Source of the DNA: Verrucomicrobium spinosum
GTDB taxonomy: Bacteria > Verrucomicrobiota > Verrucomicrobiia > JADLBR01 > JAIBCM01
Direction: 5' to 3'
NCBI GenBank assembly: GCA_020718645.1
Contig: DYRQ01000006.1
Coordinates: 1 to 53,316 of the forward strand
DNA length: 53,316 bases
Under the pieces are notes generated by a model. It had not been told where the DNA came from. It made no database searches and was given only the letters and a program-made list of their open reading frames with translations. This document shows, piece after piece, positions 1 to 8,900 of the stretch. The position numbers and the translations under genes were made by a program. Within the stretch, counting starts at the first letter, position 1, and the number at the start of each line of letters is the position of its first letter.

Positions 1-130
1 CCCCTCGCGCCTCGCACCTACGCCCATCGCGCTCTATTGCAAGATCTGGGTTGAAGAGAGAATGAAGCAAAATCCAGATCACCAAAATGGCGAACAAATA
101 AACGCTGCAAGAAGAGCAGATTTTTCTGTG

Positions 131-159
131 GTGACACCCGCCACACCGCCCACCATAGT
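131..159 (+). promoter_or_regulatory. Putative sigma70-type promoter of rph, probably leaderless
   Basis: GTGACA (131-136), 17 nt, CATAGT (154-159), 6 nt, then ATG at 166. Confidence 0.45.
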
Positions 160-165
160 CCGACC

Positions 166-978
166 ATGACCAAGAAAAAATCTACTGCACACTCACTTCG
201 CCACGACGGTCGCCGCGCCGACCAGCTCCGTCCCATTCGATTCCAGAAAAACATCGCCCCGCACGCCCTCGGCTCCGTGCTCTGCTCTTTCGGCCACACC
301 GAAGTGATCTGCGCCGCCTGCATCACCGAGGAAGTTCCCCGCTGGATGAAAGAACAAGGCGTCGGCGGCGGATGGCTCACCGCCGAGTATTCCATGCTCC
401 CCTACTCCACGCTCGACCGCAAAACCCGAGATATTGCCAAAGGCAAAATTGACGGGCGCAGCCAAGAAATCCAGAGACTCATCGGCCGTTCCCTCCGCGC
501 AGTCGTGGATCTCGAAAAACTCGGGTCTCGCACCCTGTGGATAGACTGCGATGTCCTGCGTGCCGACGGCGGCACCCGCACCGCGAGTATTACTGGTGCC
601 TTCATCGCTGCTTCTCTGGCTTTCGACCAATTGATCCGCGATAAAAAAATTACAGAATCCCCCTTCACCGACACCGTAGCCGCCGTCAGTGTGGGCATGG
701 TCTGCGGCACGCCCGTGCTCGATCTGGATTACATCGAAGATAAAGACGCTGCCGTGGACATGAATGTGGTCATGACCGGCTCAGGCAGATTCGTCGAGGT
801 GCAAGGCAGTGGCGAGGAAGCCACCTTCTCTGAAGCAGAACTGGCCTCCCTGCTGGCACTCGCCAAAAAGGGCATTACCGAATTGGGCTCCCTGCAACAA
901 GCTGCTCTCGGCACGAAGCGTGCCAAGCCCGCCACCAGCCGCACTTCAAAAAATAAGCCACAAAAAAACCGCAGCTAA
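166..978 (+). CDS. rph: Ribonuclease PH
   Basis: RNase PH motifs [46 protein letters not shown] and DMNVVMT...VEVQG; basic C-terminal tail. Confidence 0.97.
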   Translation: MTKKKSTAHSLRHDGRRADQLRPIRFQKNIAPHALGSVLCSFGHTEVICAACITEEVPRWMKEQGVGGGWLTAEYSMLPYSTLDRKTRDIAKGKIDGRSQEIQRLIGRSLRAVVDLEKLGSRTLWIDCDVLRADGGTRTASITGAFIAASLAFDQLIRDKKITESPFTDTVAAVSVGMVCGTPVLDLDYIEDKDAAVDMNVVMTGSGRFVEVQGSGEEATFSEAELASLLALAKKGITELGSLQQAALGTKRAKPATSRTSKNKPQKNRS

Positions 979-991
979 AAGGCTGCGGTTT
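962..991 (-). terminator. Intrinsic terminator hairpin between convergent rph and peroxiredoxin
   Basis: Perfect 10-bp stem aaaccgcagc (966-975) / gctgcggttt (982-991) with a 6-nt loop. The A-run at 962-968 reads as a U-tail on the minus strand. Overlaps the rph stop codon. Confidence 0.7.
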
Positions 992-1032
992 CTGCCGACT
1001 GCGCGGCGTTAAGGGTGTGAGCTGGGTGAGCC

Positions 1033-1503
1033 TCAGGACTTGAGCGCTGCCTTGACCTTCTCGAAGTCGGGTAGATCTTTGGGCGTAGGGGTCTGCTCGC
1101 TGTATTTGATCACACCATCGGTGCCGATCACAAACGCAGCGCGAGCCGAAGTCGCTCCGAAACCGAACAGGTCAGGGAGAAGCACGCCATAGGCCGGGGC
1201 AACTTCCTTGTTCAAATCGCTCAACAAAGTGATGCCGATGTTTTCTTTCTGCGCCCAGGCTTCTTGGGCAAAAGGACTGTCCACGCTGATGCCGAACACT
1301 TCGGCGTTCAAATCACTGTAGGCACTCAGGCCACCTGTGATGTCGCACATTTCCTGAGTGCAGACGCCGGTGAAGGCGAGGGGGAAAAAGAGCAGGACGA
1401 CATTTTTTTTGCCGAGCCTGTCGCTGAGTTTGATGTCGCTTACATCCCCGCGTTTCGATTTGAGGGTGAAATCGGGGGCTTTGGTTCCAACTGCTAGTGC
1501 CAT
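1033..1503 (-). CDS. Peroxiredoxin (AhpC/TSA family, AhpE/PrxQ-like)
   Basis: FFPLAFTGVCTQEMC has the peroxidatic PxxxTxxC plus a second Cys 5 residues later; FGISVDSPF. Start moved to ATG 1503, which has GGAG upstream. Confidence 0.92.
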   Translation of the reverse strand: MALAVGTKAPDFTLKSKRGDVSDIKLSDRLGKKNVVLLFFPLAFTGVCTQEMCDITGGLSAYSDLNAEVFGISVDSPFAQEAWAQKENIGITLLSDLNKEVAPAYGVLLPDLFGFGATSARAAFVIGTDGVIKYSEQTPTPKDLPDFEKVKAALKS

Positions 1504-1612
1504 AAATATAATCTCCTTGTTTTGGGTTTGGCATGAACATGGATGGCTTCCGTATTCGTGCAAGTGCTTTTCTGCGATTTGACATTTATAGCCGTCGTCA
1601 TTATGTGCCCGT

Positions 1613-3268
1613 ATGCAATTATTACGGTTCTGGCTCTTGTTCTGCCTTCTTGTGTCATCCTTCAACTGCTTCGCAGGGACGCCTCCCCTGAATATAGCCG
1701 CACCCGATGCTGTCGCGCCGCTCGAATCGCTGCCGGTTCAATCCGATGGACGCATCAAGCCCGCGCTGTCGTTTGCCAAAGAAAAACTGACCGCGATCTA
1801 CGGACGCGCCTCTTTCAAATTACCCGACGGCACGCGCATTCCTGCACTGGCTGTCACCTTGGATCTCCTGGCACGCCCGGAGGTTTGGAAGAAAACCGAG
1901 ATTGTTCTCGTTGAGGAAGCCACCCTCCGCGCCGCGGTTGGGCTACCCGCAAAACGGCGATATTTTTCACTCGAAGAACTCGCCGCAAACGAGGCTTTGC
2001 AGTCGCTCGTGCAACAGGCAAAAATCCGCAGGGCTGCGGGCACAAAAATCTCGGGTGTAGAACAAGTCTCACTCCAAGTGGATGCGCGACTCCACCTCCT
2101 CACCGAGCTGCTGGAGGGACAACTATTTCGTCCTGTGCCCAACCCGCACCACCCCAAAAAACTCTGGGGCACACCCGCCGATGCCGCGTCACTTTATCCC
2201 GGCCAAGGCGCTGAGGTGACCGCTGCTTGGGAACAGTTCCGGCTCTTGGTGCCCTCGGGTGATTCCACCTCTCTCCGCACGAGCGCCAGCAAATTCGCAC
2301 AAGCCTGCTCCGTTTTGAAACCGGAATTTCTACCTTCCCAAAGCGTCGTGTTCACTGAAGTTTTCTACAACAAAAGCCATCCATTTCGCCTCGCCTGGAT
2401 CGCCTTACTGCTCGCCTCGATCGTGCTGATGACCACTTCTCTTCAACAGGGTGGCAGCGGTTATAAACTCGGCTGGTGGCTGGCGTGCGCCGGGCTGGGT
2501 TTCGTGGTGGTGGGCATGCTCGCGCGACTGTATATTTCAGGCCGCCCACCCGTTACGAACATGTATGAATCGGTGGTCTGGCTAGCCTTCGGCGTGATGG
2601 CATTTGGCTTGAGTTACGAGTGGCGATACCGTTGTCGCTGGTATCTGGCCAGCGCCTGCCCGCTAGCGGCCTTGGCTTTGATACTGGCAGACTCGCAACC
2701 CGCCATCCTCGACGCCTCGATCAAGCCGCTGGTGCCTGTGTTGCGCAGTAATTTTTGGCTCACGGTGCATGTGCTCACCATCACCCTGAGCTACGCCGCT
2801 TTTGCCCTAGCGACAGCCGTGGCACACGCGGTCTTGGGGAGCCTCTGTTTCCTCGGAAAAGAACCGGCAGCAGCACTGCACGGCTACCTCTACAAAGTGC
2901 TCCAAATCGGCGTCCTCCTGCTCGCGATTGGCATCGTGCTCGGCGGGGTATGGGCCAATTATTCTTGGGGCCGTTTCTGGGATTGGGATCCGAAAGAAAC
3001 TTGGTCGCTGGTGGCGTTATTGAGTTACCTCTTTTTGCTCCACGGCAGGCTACTCGGATGGTGGCGCGGATTTGGAATGGCAGCGGGTGCCATCCTCTGT
3101 TTTCAGACCGTGCTCTTTGCTTGGTATGGGGTGAACTTTATCTTGGCCACAGGGCTGCACAGCTACGGCTTCGGCGCAGGCGGCACGACTTACATCGCCA
3201 TCTATCTCGGAGCTGAAACCGCATTTCTCGTGGCTGCTTGGATCATGAAATCCAAGGTCAGCCGGTAG
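1613..3268 (+). CDS. ccsA: Cytochrome c biogenesis protein CcsA/ResC (system II) with large N-terminal periplasmic domain
   Basis: WWD motif WGRFWDWDPKETW, TM histidine in LTVHV, GLHSYG, GRPPVTNMYES, multiple TM segments. Confidence 0.92.
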   Translation: MQLLRFWLLFCLLVSSFNCFAGTPPLNIAAPDAVAPLESLPVQSDGRIKPALSFAKEKLTAIYGRASFKLPDGTRIPALAVTLDLLARPEVWKKTEIVLVEEATLRAAVGLPAKRRYFSLEELAANEALQSLVQQAKIRRAAGTKISGVEQVSLQVDARLHLLTELLEGQLFRPVPNPHHPKKLWGTPADAASLYPGQGAEVTAAWEQFRLLVPSGDSTSLRTSASKFAQACSVLKPEFLPSQSVVFTEVFYNKSHPFRLAWIALLLASIVLMTTSLQQGGSGYKLGWWLACAGLGFVVVGMLARLYISGRPPVTNMYESVVWLAFGVMAFGLSYEWRYRCRWYLASACPLAALALILADSQPAILDASIKPLVPVLRSNFWLTVHVLTITLSYAAFALATAVAHAVLGSLCFLGKEPAAALHGYLYKVLQIGVLLLAIGIVLGGVWANYSWGRFWDWDPKETWSLVALLSYLFLLHGRLLGWWRGFGMAAGAILCFQTVLFAWYGVNFILATGLHSYGFGAGGTTYIAIYLGAETAFLVAAWIMKSKVSR

Positions 3269-3387
3269 GAATAGTGGCCGATAGATTATAAAATCGGAGG
3301 CATCTGTGGAGACACAGTGCGCGGATCGTTTCGACTGCGTTTTCAGCTCCAGCTCCTGCGGAGTAAACGCTCTGAGCGGTTGGACAA

Positions 3388-4119
3388 CTATTGTCCTGCA
3401 CCCAGCAAGGACGCCTTCACCCCGGTGGGCAGCTCCCCTTGGGTATTGGGGATTTTAATGCGCAGGCGCACGGTATTGCTTGCCGCGTCGGTCACAGGTG
3501 AAACGAACTCCACCACACCGCGAACCTCTGCGCCGACATCCCCCACAGAGACGCGCACCGGCTGATCTTTGGAGTATTGACGCGCCTCGGTCGGAGGTAG
3601 GAACAGCTGCACCAAGAGATTATTCAACTCCACGACAGTAAAGATGTAGGGCACCGCGGGAGTCATACTTTCCGAGAGTTTGCGTTTCACCTCCGTAACC
3701 ACCCCATCGCACGGACTGCGAATGGTGCGCAGTTCGATTTCAGCCTCGACTGCTGCGACTTTGTTGCGCTGCACCTCCAGCTCCATCCGCGCTTTGTCGT
3801 ATTCCTCGGGAGAGAGACGACCCGATTTTTTTAGCTCTTCAAATTTCTCAAAGCGGGTTGCAAAAAACTCCGCCTGCGCTTTGGCGATACCCAACTCCGC
3901 CTCGAACCGCCGACAATCTAGGCGAGCGAGCAATTGCCCCACCTGAACCCGATCCCCTTCTTTTACGGGCATTTCGCGCAGGATGCCAGTCTCAGAGAGA
4001 GAGAGCTTATAGGAGTTGTAAGGCTCCAAGTAGCCAAAAGAGACCGCGTGGTCGCTGGGATTGGCACCCGCAAAACTCAGCGCCAACAGCCAAAAAGCGA
4101 TGGGCGCAACTCGGATCAC
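3388..4119 (-). CDS. Efflux/secretion periplasmic adaptor (membrane fusion protein, HlyD/RND-MFP family)
   Basis: Lipoyl half-motifs GILREMPVKEGDRVQVGQLLARLD and IRSPCDGVV around a short helical hairpin; GVVEFVSPVTDAASNTVRLRIKIPN; signal peptide; overlaps the TolC stop by 4 nt. Confidence 0.9.
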   Translation of the reverse strand: MIRVAPIAFWLLALSFAGANPSDHAVSFGYLEPYNSYKLSLSETGILREMPVKEGDRVQVGQLLARLDCRRFEAELGIAKAQAEFFATRFEKFEELKKSGRLSPEEYDKARMELEVQRNKVAAVEAEIELRTIRSPCDGVVTEVKRKLSESMTPAVPYIFTVVELNNLLVQLFLPPTEARQYSKDQPVRVSVGDVGAEVRGVVEFVSPVTDAASNTVRLRIKIPNTQGELPTGVKASLLGAGQ

Positions 4120-5924
4120 TTGGCTAAACCGGCGTCAGCCTTGGTCTCTGATACCGGCTCTGCTGCGGAGGTAGGCGCCCCTGTCACTGGGCCGTTCACC
4201 TTCAAGACATTGACAGGAAGCCCGTCCTCGCCTTGCTGTTTCACTAGGCTGATATTTTCATAGGCCAGCAGATTGCCCTGAGCCCGCTCCAGCGCAACTT
4301 GGGCGATGGCATAGGTGGCTATGCTGCGGAGAAAATCTTCTTCGGCACGGGAGAGGCGATCTTGGGAATCGAGGAAGAAATCCAAGAAGCTCATGGTGGC
4401 ACCCTCGGCACCGGCCTGCACGGCACGGCGCTGGCGCAGATCTTCCAACTCCTCGATGGCAGATGCCATGACCTCGTATTTGGCCACAATATCACGCCAG
4501 GCAGTGCGCACCTCGCGGGCGGCAACTTTTACTTCGAGCAACACTGTCTCGACTGTCGTGCGGAACTGGGCGTATTGCTGGCGCAACTCGATGCGGCGGC
4601 GATCCAGACGGGCATCTGCAATATTATTTTCGAGCGGAATTTCAAAATTGAGCCCGACCAAGAATCCCGGTCCACCCGTGCGAACTTGGCGGTTCATGGC
4701 ACCACCGACATCATCGCCTTCTTTTAATCCAGCGAGGTAGGTTTCTATGATCAAGTTGAGCGTCGGCAAGTGCTCGTTCTTCTGCATTTTCTCGCGGATA
4801 GCAGCGGAACGGAGCTGCTTGATCGCCTGAGAAATTTCAGGGCGATGCTCTATGGCATGCAGGGCGCAAGCCTTCAGATCCACAGGCACCTCGTTCAGTG
4901 CCAAGGCATCAGCAGGGATCAGTTCCATGTTGGATGCCAAGTTAAAATCAGGGTCGTTGAGCAGGGACTTCACACGATCTTGCGAGTTGCGAATAGCTAT
5001 CTCGGAACGCACCAAGCTAGCCATGCGATCAGCGTAGGCGGAACGGGCGCGCAGCACTTGGGTGCGATTGGCGTCCACATCTTGCCGGGCGTCATACTCA
5101 CCGACAATCTTGGCGGTTTCTTGCACCAGACGCTTCTGCTGCACATGCAGGGAACGGGACATGTAGAGAGTCCAATACGAGCGGCAAATCTCCATGAGAT
5201 GCGACTCGATCTGGCGGAGCGCCTCGTGCTGAGCTATCTCCGAATCGAGCTTGGCGATATGGATAATGCTGCGGTTGTAATTGACGCCGGCACCTTTGAG
5301 CAGGGGCTGGACGACCGAGAGCTTGAGCTTGCTGGCCGCTTGTGGATTAGGGGTAAAAAACTCCGAATTATTCTGCGTGCGACTCATCTCCTGTGAGAGA
5401 GAGAACTCGGCACCGGTCACAGCGCGTTTGCGCAGACCGGCCTCGACCGACCACTGCTCCTGCTCGAACCGTCCGATGTTCCCGGTGGTCAGCGTGCTGC
5501 CGACGGGATCGTCTTGGGAATCAAATTTCGATTCAACAAAAGCGCGGGTGTCAAAGGCACCCTTGGCCTCTTGGATGCCCGTCTCGCGAATGAGCGGAAT
5601 ATCGGAGAATACTTTGATCTGCGTCGAGTGCTCGATTGCGGAGAGATAGAGACTTTCCGTCGGCATGGCTTTGGGCTCGGAATCAGCAAACATCTGCTGG
5701 GACACATTCACATGCCACCATGGCGAGAAATTGGCAGGCATTTTCTCAGGCACAGCGGTAGAAACCTGATATTCCAGAGTTGTCGCCTCTGCTTTGAAGC
5801 CACTCAAAATCGCTTCCAGTTCGGGATCAACATCCTTCTGGATCACGGGCTCGTAGCCAGAGCTGTTTGAGACTGCTCCCACGAGCAGCACCGCCAATAT
5901 CAATCGTGTAATTATCGTATTCAC
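4116..5924 (-). CDS. TolC-family outer membrane channel with N-terminal extension
   Basis: Signal peptide and two TolC-like repeats (EAKGAFDTRAF...LSVVQPLLKGAG; NEHLPTLNL...GLNFEIPLENNIA...VKVAAREV). Confidence 0.9.
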   Translation of the reverse strand: MNTIITRLILAVLLVGAVSNSSGYEPVIQKDVDPELEAILSGFKAEATTLEYQVSTAVPEKMPANFSPWWHVNVSQQMFADSEPKAMPTESLYLSAIEHSTQIKVFSDIPLIRETGIQEAKGAFDTRAFVESKFDSQDDPVGSTLTTGNIGRFEQEQWSVEAGLRKRAVTGAEFSLSQEMSRTQNNSEFFTPNPQAASKLKLSVVQPLLKGAGVNYNRSIIHIAKLDSEIAQHEALRQIESHLMEICRSYWTLYMSRSLHVQQKRLVQETAKIVGEYDARQDVDANRTQVLRARSAYADRMASLVRSEIAIRNSQDRVKSLLNDPDFNLASNMELIPADALALNEVPVDLKACALHAIEHRPEISQAIKQLRSAAIREKMQKNEHLPTLNLIIETYLAGLKEGDDVGGAMNRQVRTGGPGFLVGLNFEIPLENNIADARLDRRRIELRQQYAQFRTTVETVLLEVKVAAREVRTAWRDIVAKYEVMASAIEELEDLRQRRAVQAGAEGATMSFLDFFLDSQDRLSRAEEDFLRSIATYAIAQVALERAQGNLLAYENISLVKQQGEDGLPVNVLKVNGPVTGAPTSAAEPVSETKADAGLAK

Positions 5925-5949
5925 TTTTATCTGTTACTCTCTCTTTGTA

Positions 5950-8900
5950 TCAATATCCCGAAGCCGTGGCTTGGGCAGCTAAAAATTCTGATTCGTGGGC
6001 GCTGAAATCCATACGCACAGGGCGATTCATATAATCCATGAGGATCATCACCGTGCCCACGGAGCGTTTACCAAAAATATTGGCGACATCTACACCTTCG
6101 TAGAAGAATTCACCAGCCTGCAAAGCGGGCGCAAAGAAGGCGCGAATGTTGTAATTACCATCGCCAGATGAGTTGTAGCTCGGATTGGTGGTGCTGATGG
6201 ATACCGAACGGGGATAGTCCGTAATCACAGCATTCGGGAAAGTCGCCAGCCAGTTACCACCCGAGTCAGCCACAACAGTCTGAGTGCCTATCACATCACC
6301 TTTAGCGCCAACCATGACCAACACCAATGTGGAACCAGGATCCGATTTACCACTGTAGATAGGAGCCAGCGGCAGCAGCGGTTGAGCATAGGGAAGGATA
6401 CGCTCTTCAGGACGGAAGATTGGGCGTTGGCGGGGTTCTAGATTGCCGGTCTTATCCAGAGCTTCATCCGGCTCTACACGGAAAGTGCTTGTGACCAGAT
6501 GGGATATTGCCGTGGTAGGGGTAGTGGTAGGCGTCGGGGTGGGTGTAGGCGTCGGGGTTGGCGGGGTGACAGCCGGGGGTATCTTATAACCGAAATCCAC
6601 ATCCGTGCGATTCTGACCCGCAGTCAGGGTAACAGCTGTAGCTGCGTTAGCCGAAACCAAACCATCGAGGTCATAAGTTTGGGTGGTGTAAGTTCCGAGC
6701 GTAGAAGTATCCACGCGGACGATATAAGTTCCCGCTACGAGACCACCGATGGTGTAGCTGCCTGCGCCGTTGGTAATAGCCGTGCTTTCGCCCACATCGT
6801 AGATGCCATCGTTGTCAGCGTCCAAGTAAACTCGGACACCGGCAATACCGGCCTCGCCACCATCTTGCACGCCGTCACCGTCCACATCATGCCAGACAAA
6901 ATCCCCAAGGCTTGCTGCTACGGCTGGGGTGGTCAGGCGGACGGTATCTTGGGCGAAATCCGTGGTGGCGTTATGCACCTCGTTAGCGGTGACAGCGCCG
7001 TAGTCCCGGTCATTGGTGCCATCTGCGGCATAGCGGGAGTCAGCGTCCGGCGTGCCCGAGAGTGTGTGCGCTTCATCGCCGGCCAAATCATCCCAGTAGA
7101 TTTTCGCTGTATTCTCGAGGGTAGCATTGAGCCCGACCCAGGCCGAAACCGTGCCTGTGTAAGTGATCGTGATCGTGCTGCCCACAGCGAGCTGGTCGAG
7201 GGAAAGAACGATGTTGTTGCCCGCAGAGGTATTCGAATTCACCGTGGCACCAGTCACATTGATCGAGGCAACATTCAGCGTGATGTCCGCAGGCAAACTA
7301 TCACGCACAGCGATATCGTAAGCTGTCTGCGTGCTGGCAGCGCGGTGATCAATCGTCAGCGTATAAGTCACCACTTGGCCAGGACTGACCACATCGTCGG
7401 CATCATTCTCCGCCTTGGTAATCTGCAAGATGGGTTCCACCACGGTTACAGGGACATTGGGTGTGGTGGCATCGGGCGTAGCCCCGCCTGGCACATTGAC
7501 AGAGGCCTGATTGTTGAGAACAGTTTGGCTACCACTGGCACCGACATTACCCGCCACATCGAGGACAAGCGCCTGCAACGAGATGGTAAAGCTGTTGTTG
7601 GTGGTAACATTATCTGCGACCACAGAAACAGTGCTAAAGGTCCAGATCACATCATCGCCACTGCCGCTGCCACCCGTCTGATTGAAGTTCACGCCACTGG
7701 TGGCGATGGTGCCATTAAAGGAGGCTGTATTGAACGAAGCACTGCCCGTTACATAGGACAATCCGGCTGGCAGGAGATCCGTTACGGTCACCGTGCCCAC
7801 TGGTCCTTCCGGTAGAGTCACAGTGATAGTATAAGTCACCGTCTCGCCAATAGCGACATTCGAGCCTGTGGTTCCAGCTTGGTCAGTGGCGGAAAGAACC
7901 TTAGTGATTGTCGGAGTGCTTACAGTCGTGCTGACAACAGTAGAGGTATCAGCATAATCGTTCAGCGCGCCACCCTCGCCATCTGCACCTGTGCGCTCAT
8001 CAGCATCGCTGCCGTCCACAGCACCGCTGTTCAAGCTGGTCCATGTCGCTGTAGCTGAGTTGGAAATCGTCTGGTTTGGGACAACATCCGTATCGAGATT
8101 ACCAGAAACAGTGTAAGTCTGCGAGGCACCAGCAGCCAAGGTTCCGATGGTCCAAGTATAGACGAGGCTATTACCATCAGAACCCGTGCTACCCGGAGTG
8201 CCAGTGGCGGAAGCCGAGCGGATGTCATTATTGATAGCGTCAGTCATGGACACATCAAACGCATCATAAGAACCTGTGTTCTGCACGACAATCTGGTAGG
8301 CGATAGCATCACCAGCATCCGATGGTGTAGTGGTAATCGTCTTGGTCACTGTAATGACAGGCTCACGGACGGTCACGATGGGGTCGTTGCCGGGCGTGCC
8401 ATCGGGTATAGCGACCGTGCCGCCCGTGTCGGGATTGGTGTAGGCGACTGAAGACTGATTTTCCAGCGTGGTGGAGGCTTGGTTGCCGACCACATTGGTC
8501 GTGATAGCTTGGACACGGATGATAAATGAGTTATCGCCACTGGCGCCATTGGCAGCAAGAGTGATGTTACCGAAAGCGAGTTGCATATCCACGCCGTCGT
8601 TACCCAAGGTGCCAGCACCGAAAGCCGTGACCGTAGGAGCCCCTAAAGCAGCACCAAAATCCGTAGTCATTTGTCCACCGCTAGCCGCGGCAGTGGTGAT
8701 GAGCTGATAACCCAAGCCGCCGTTGTAAGTGGTGTCCAGACGCAGACCCGAGGGAACAAGATCACGCACGGTCAGACCATTAGTCGTGCCTTCAGCCAAA
8801 GTGACTAAAATATCGTAGATGACCGACTCACCGATCACGACATTGGCAAGAGTCGTATGGGAGGCGCTCGTGTCATCATTCGTGATCGAGCCACCCTGGA

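Noticed and set aside
5950-7000. RTX/classical type I secretion signal in the adhesin
   Set aside because: No GGxGxDxL nonapeptide repeats found.
6499-7815. 438-aa plus-strand ORF antisense to the adhesin
   Set aside because: Lies fully inside a well-supported gene and has no motifs; consistent with a shadow ORF from codon bias.
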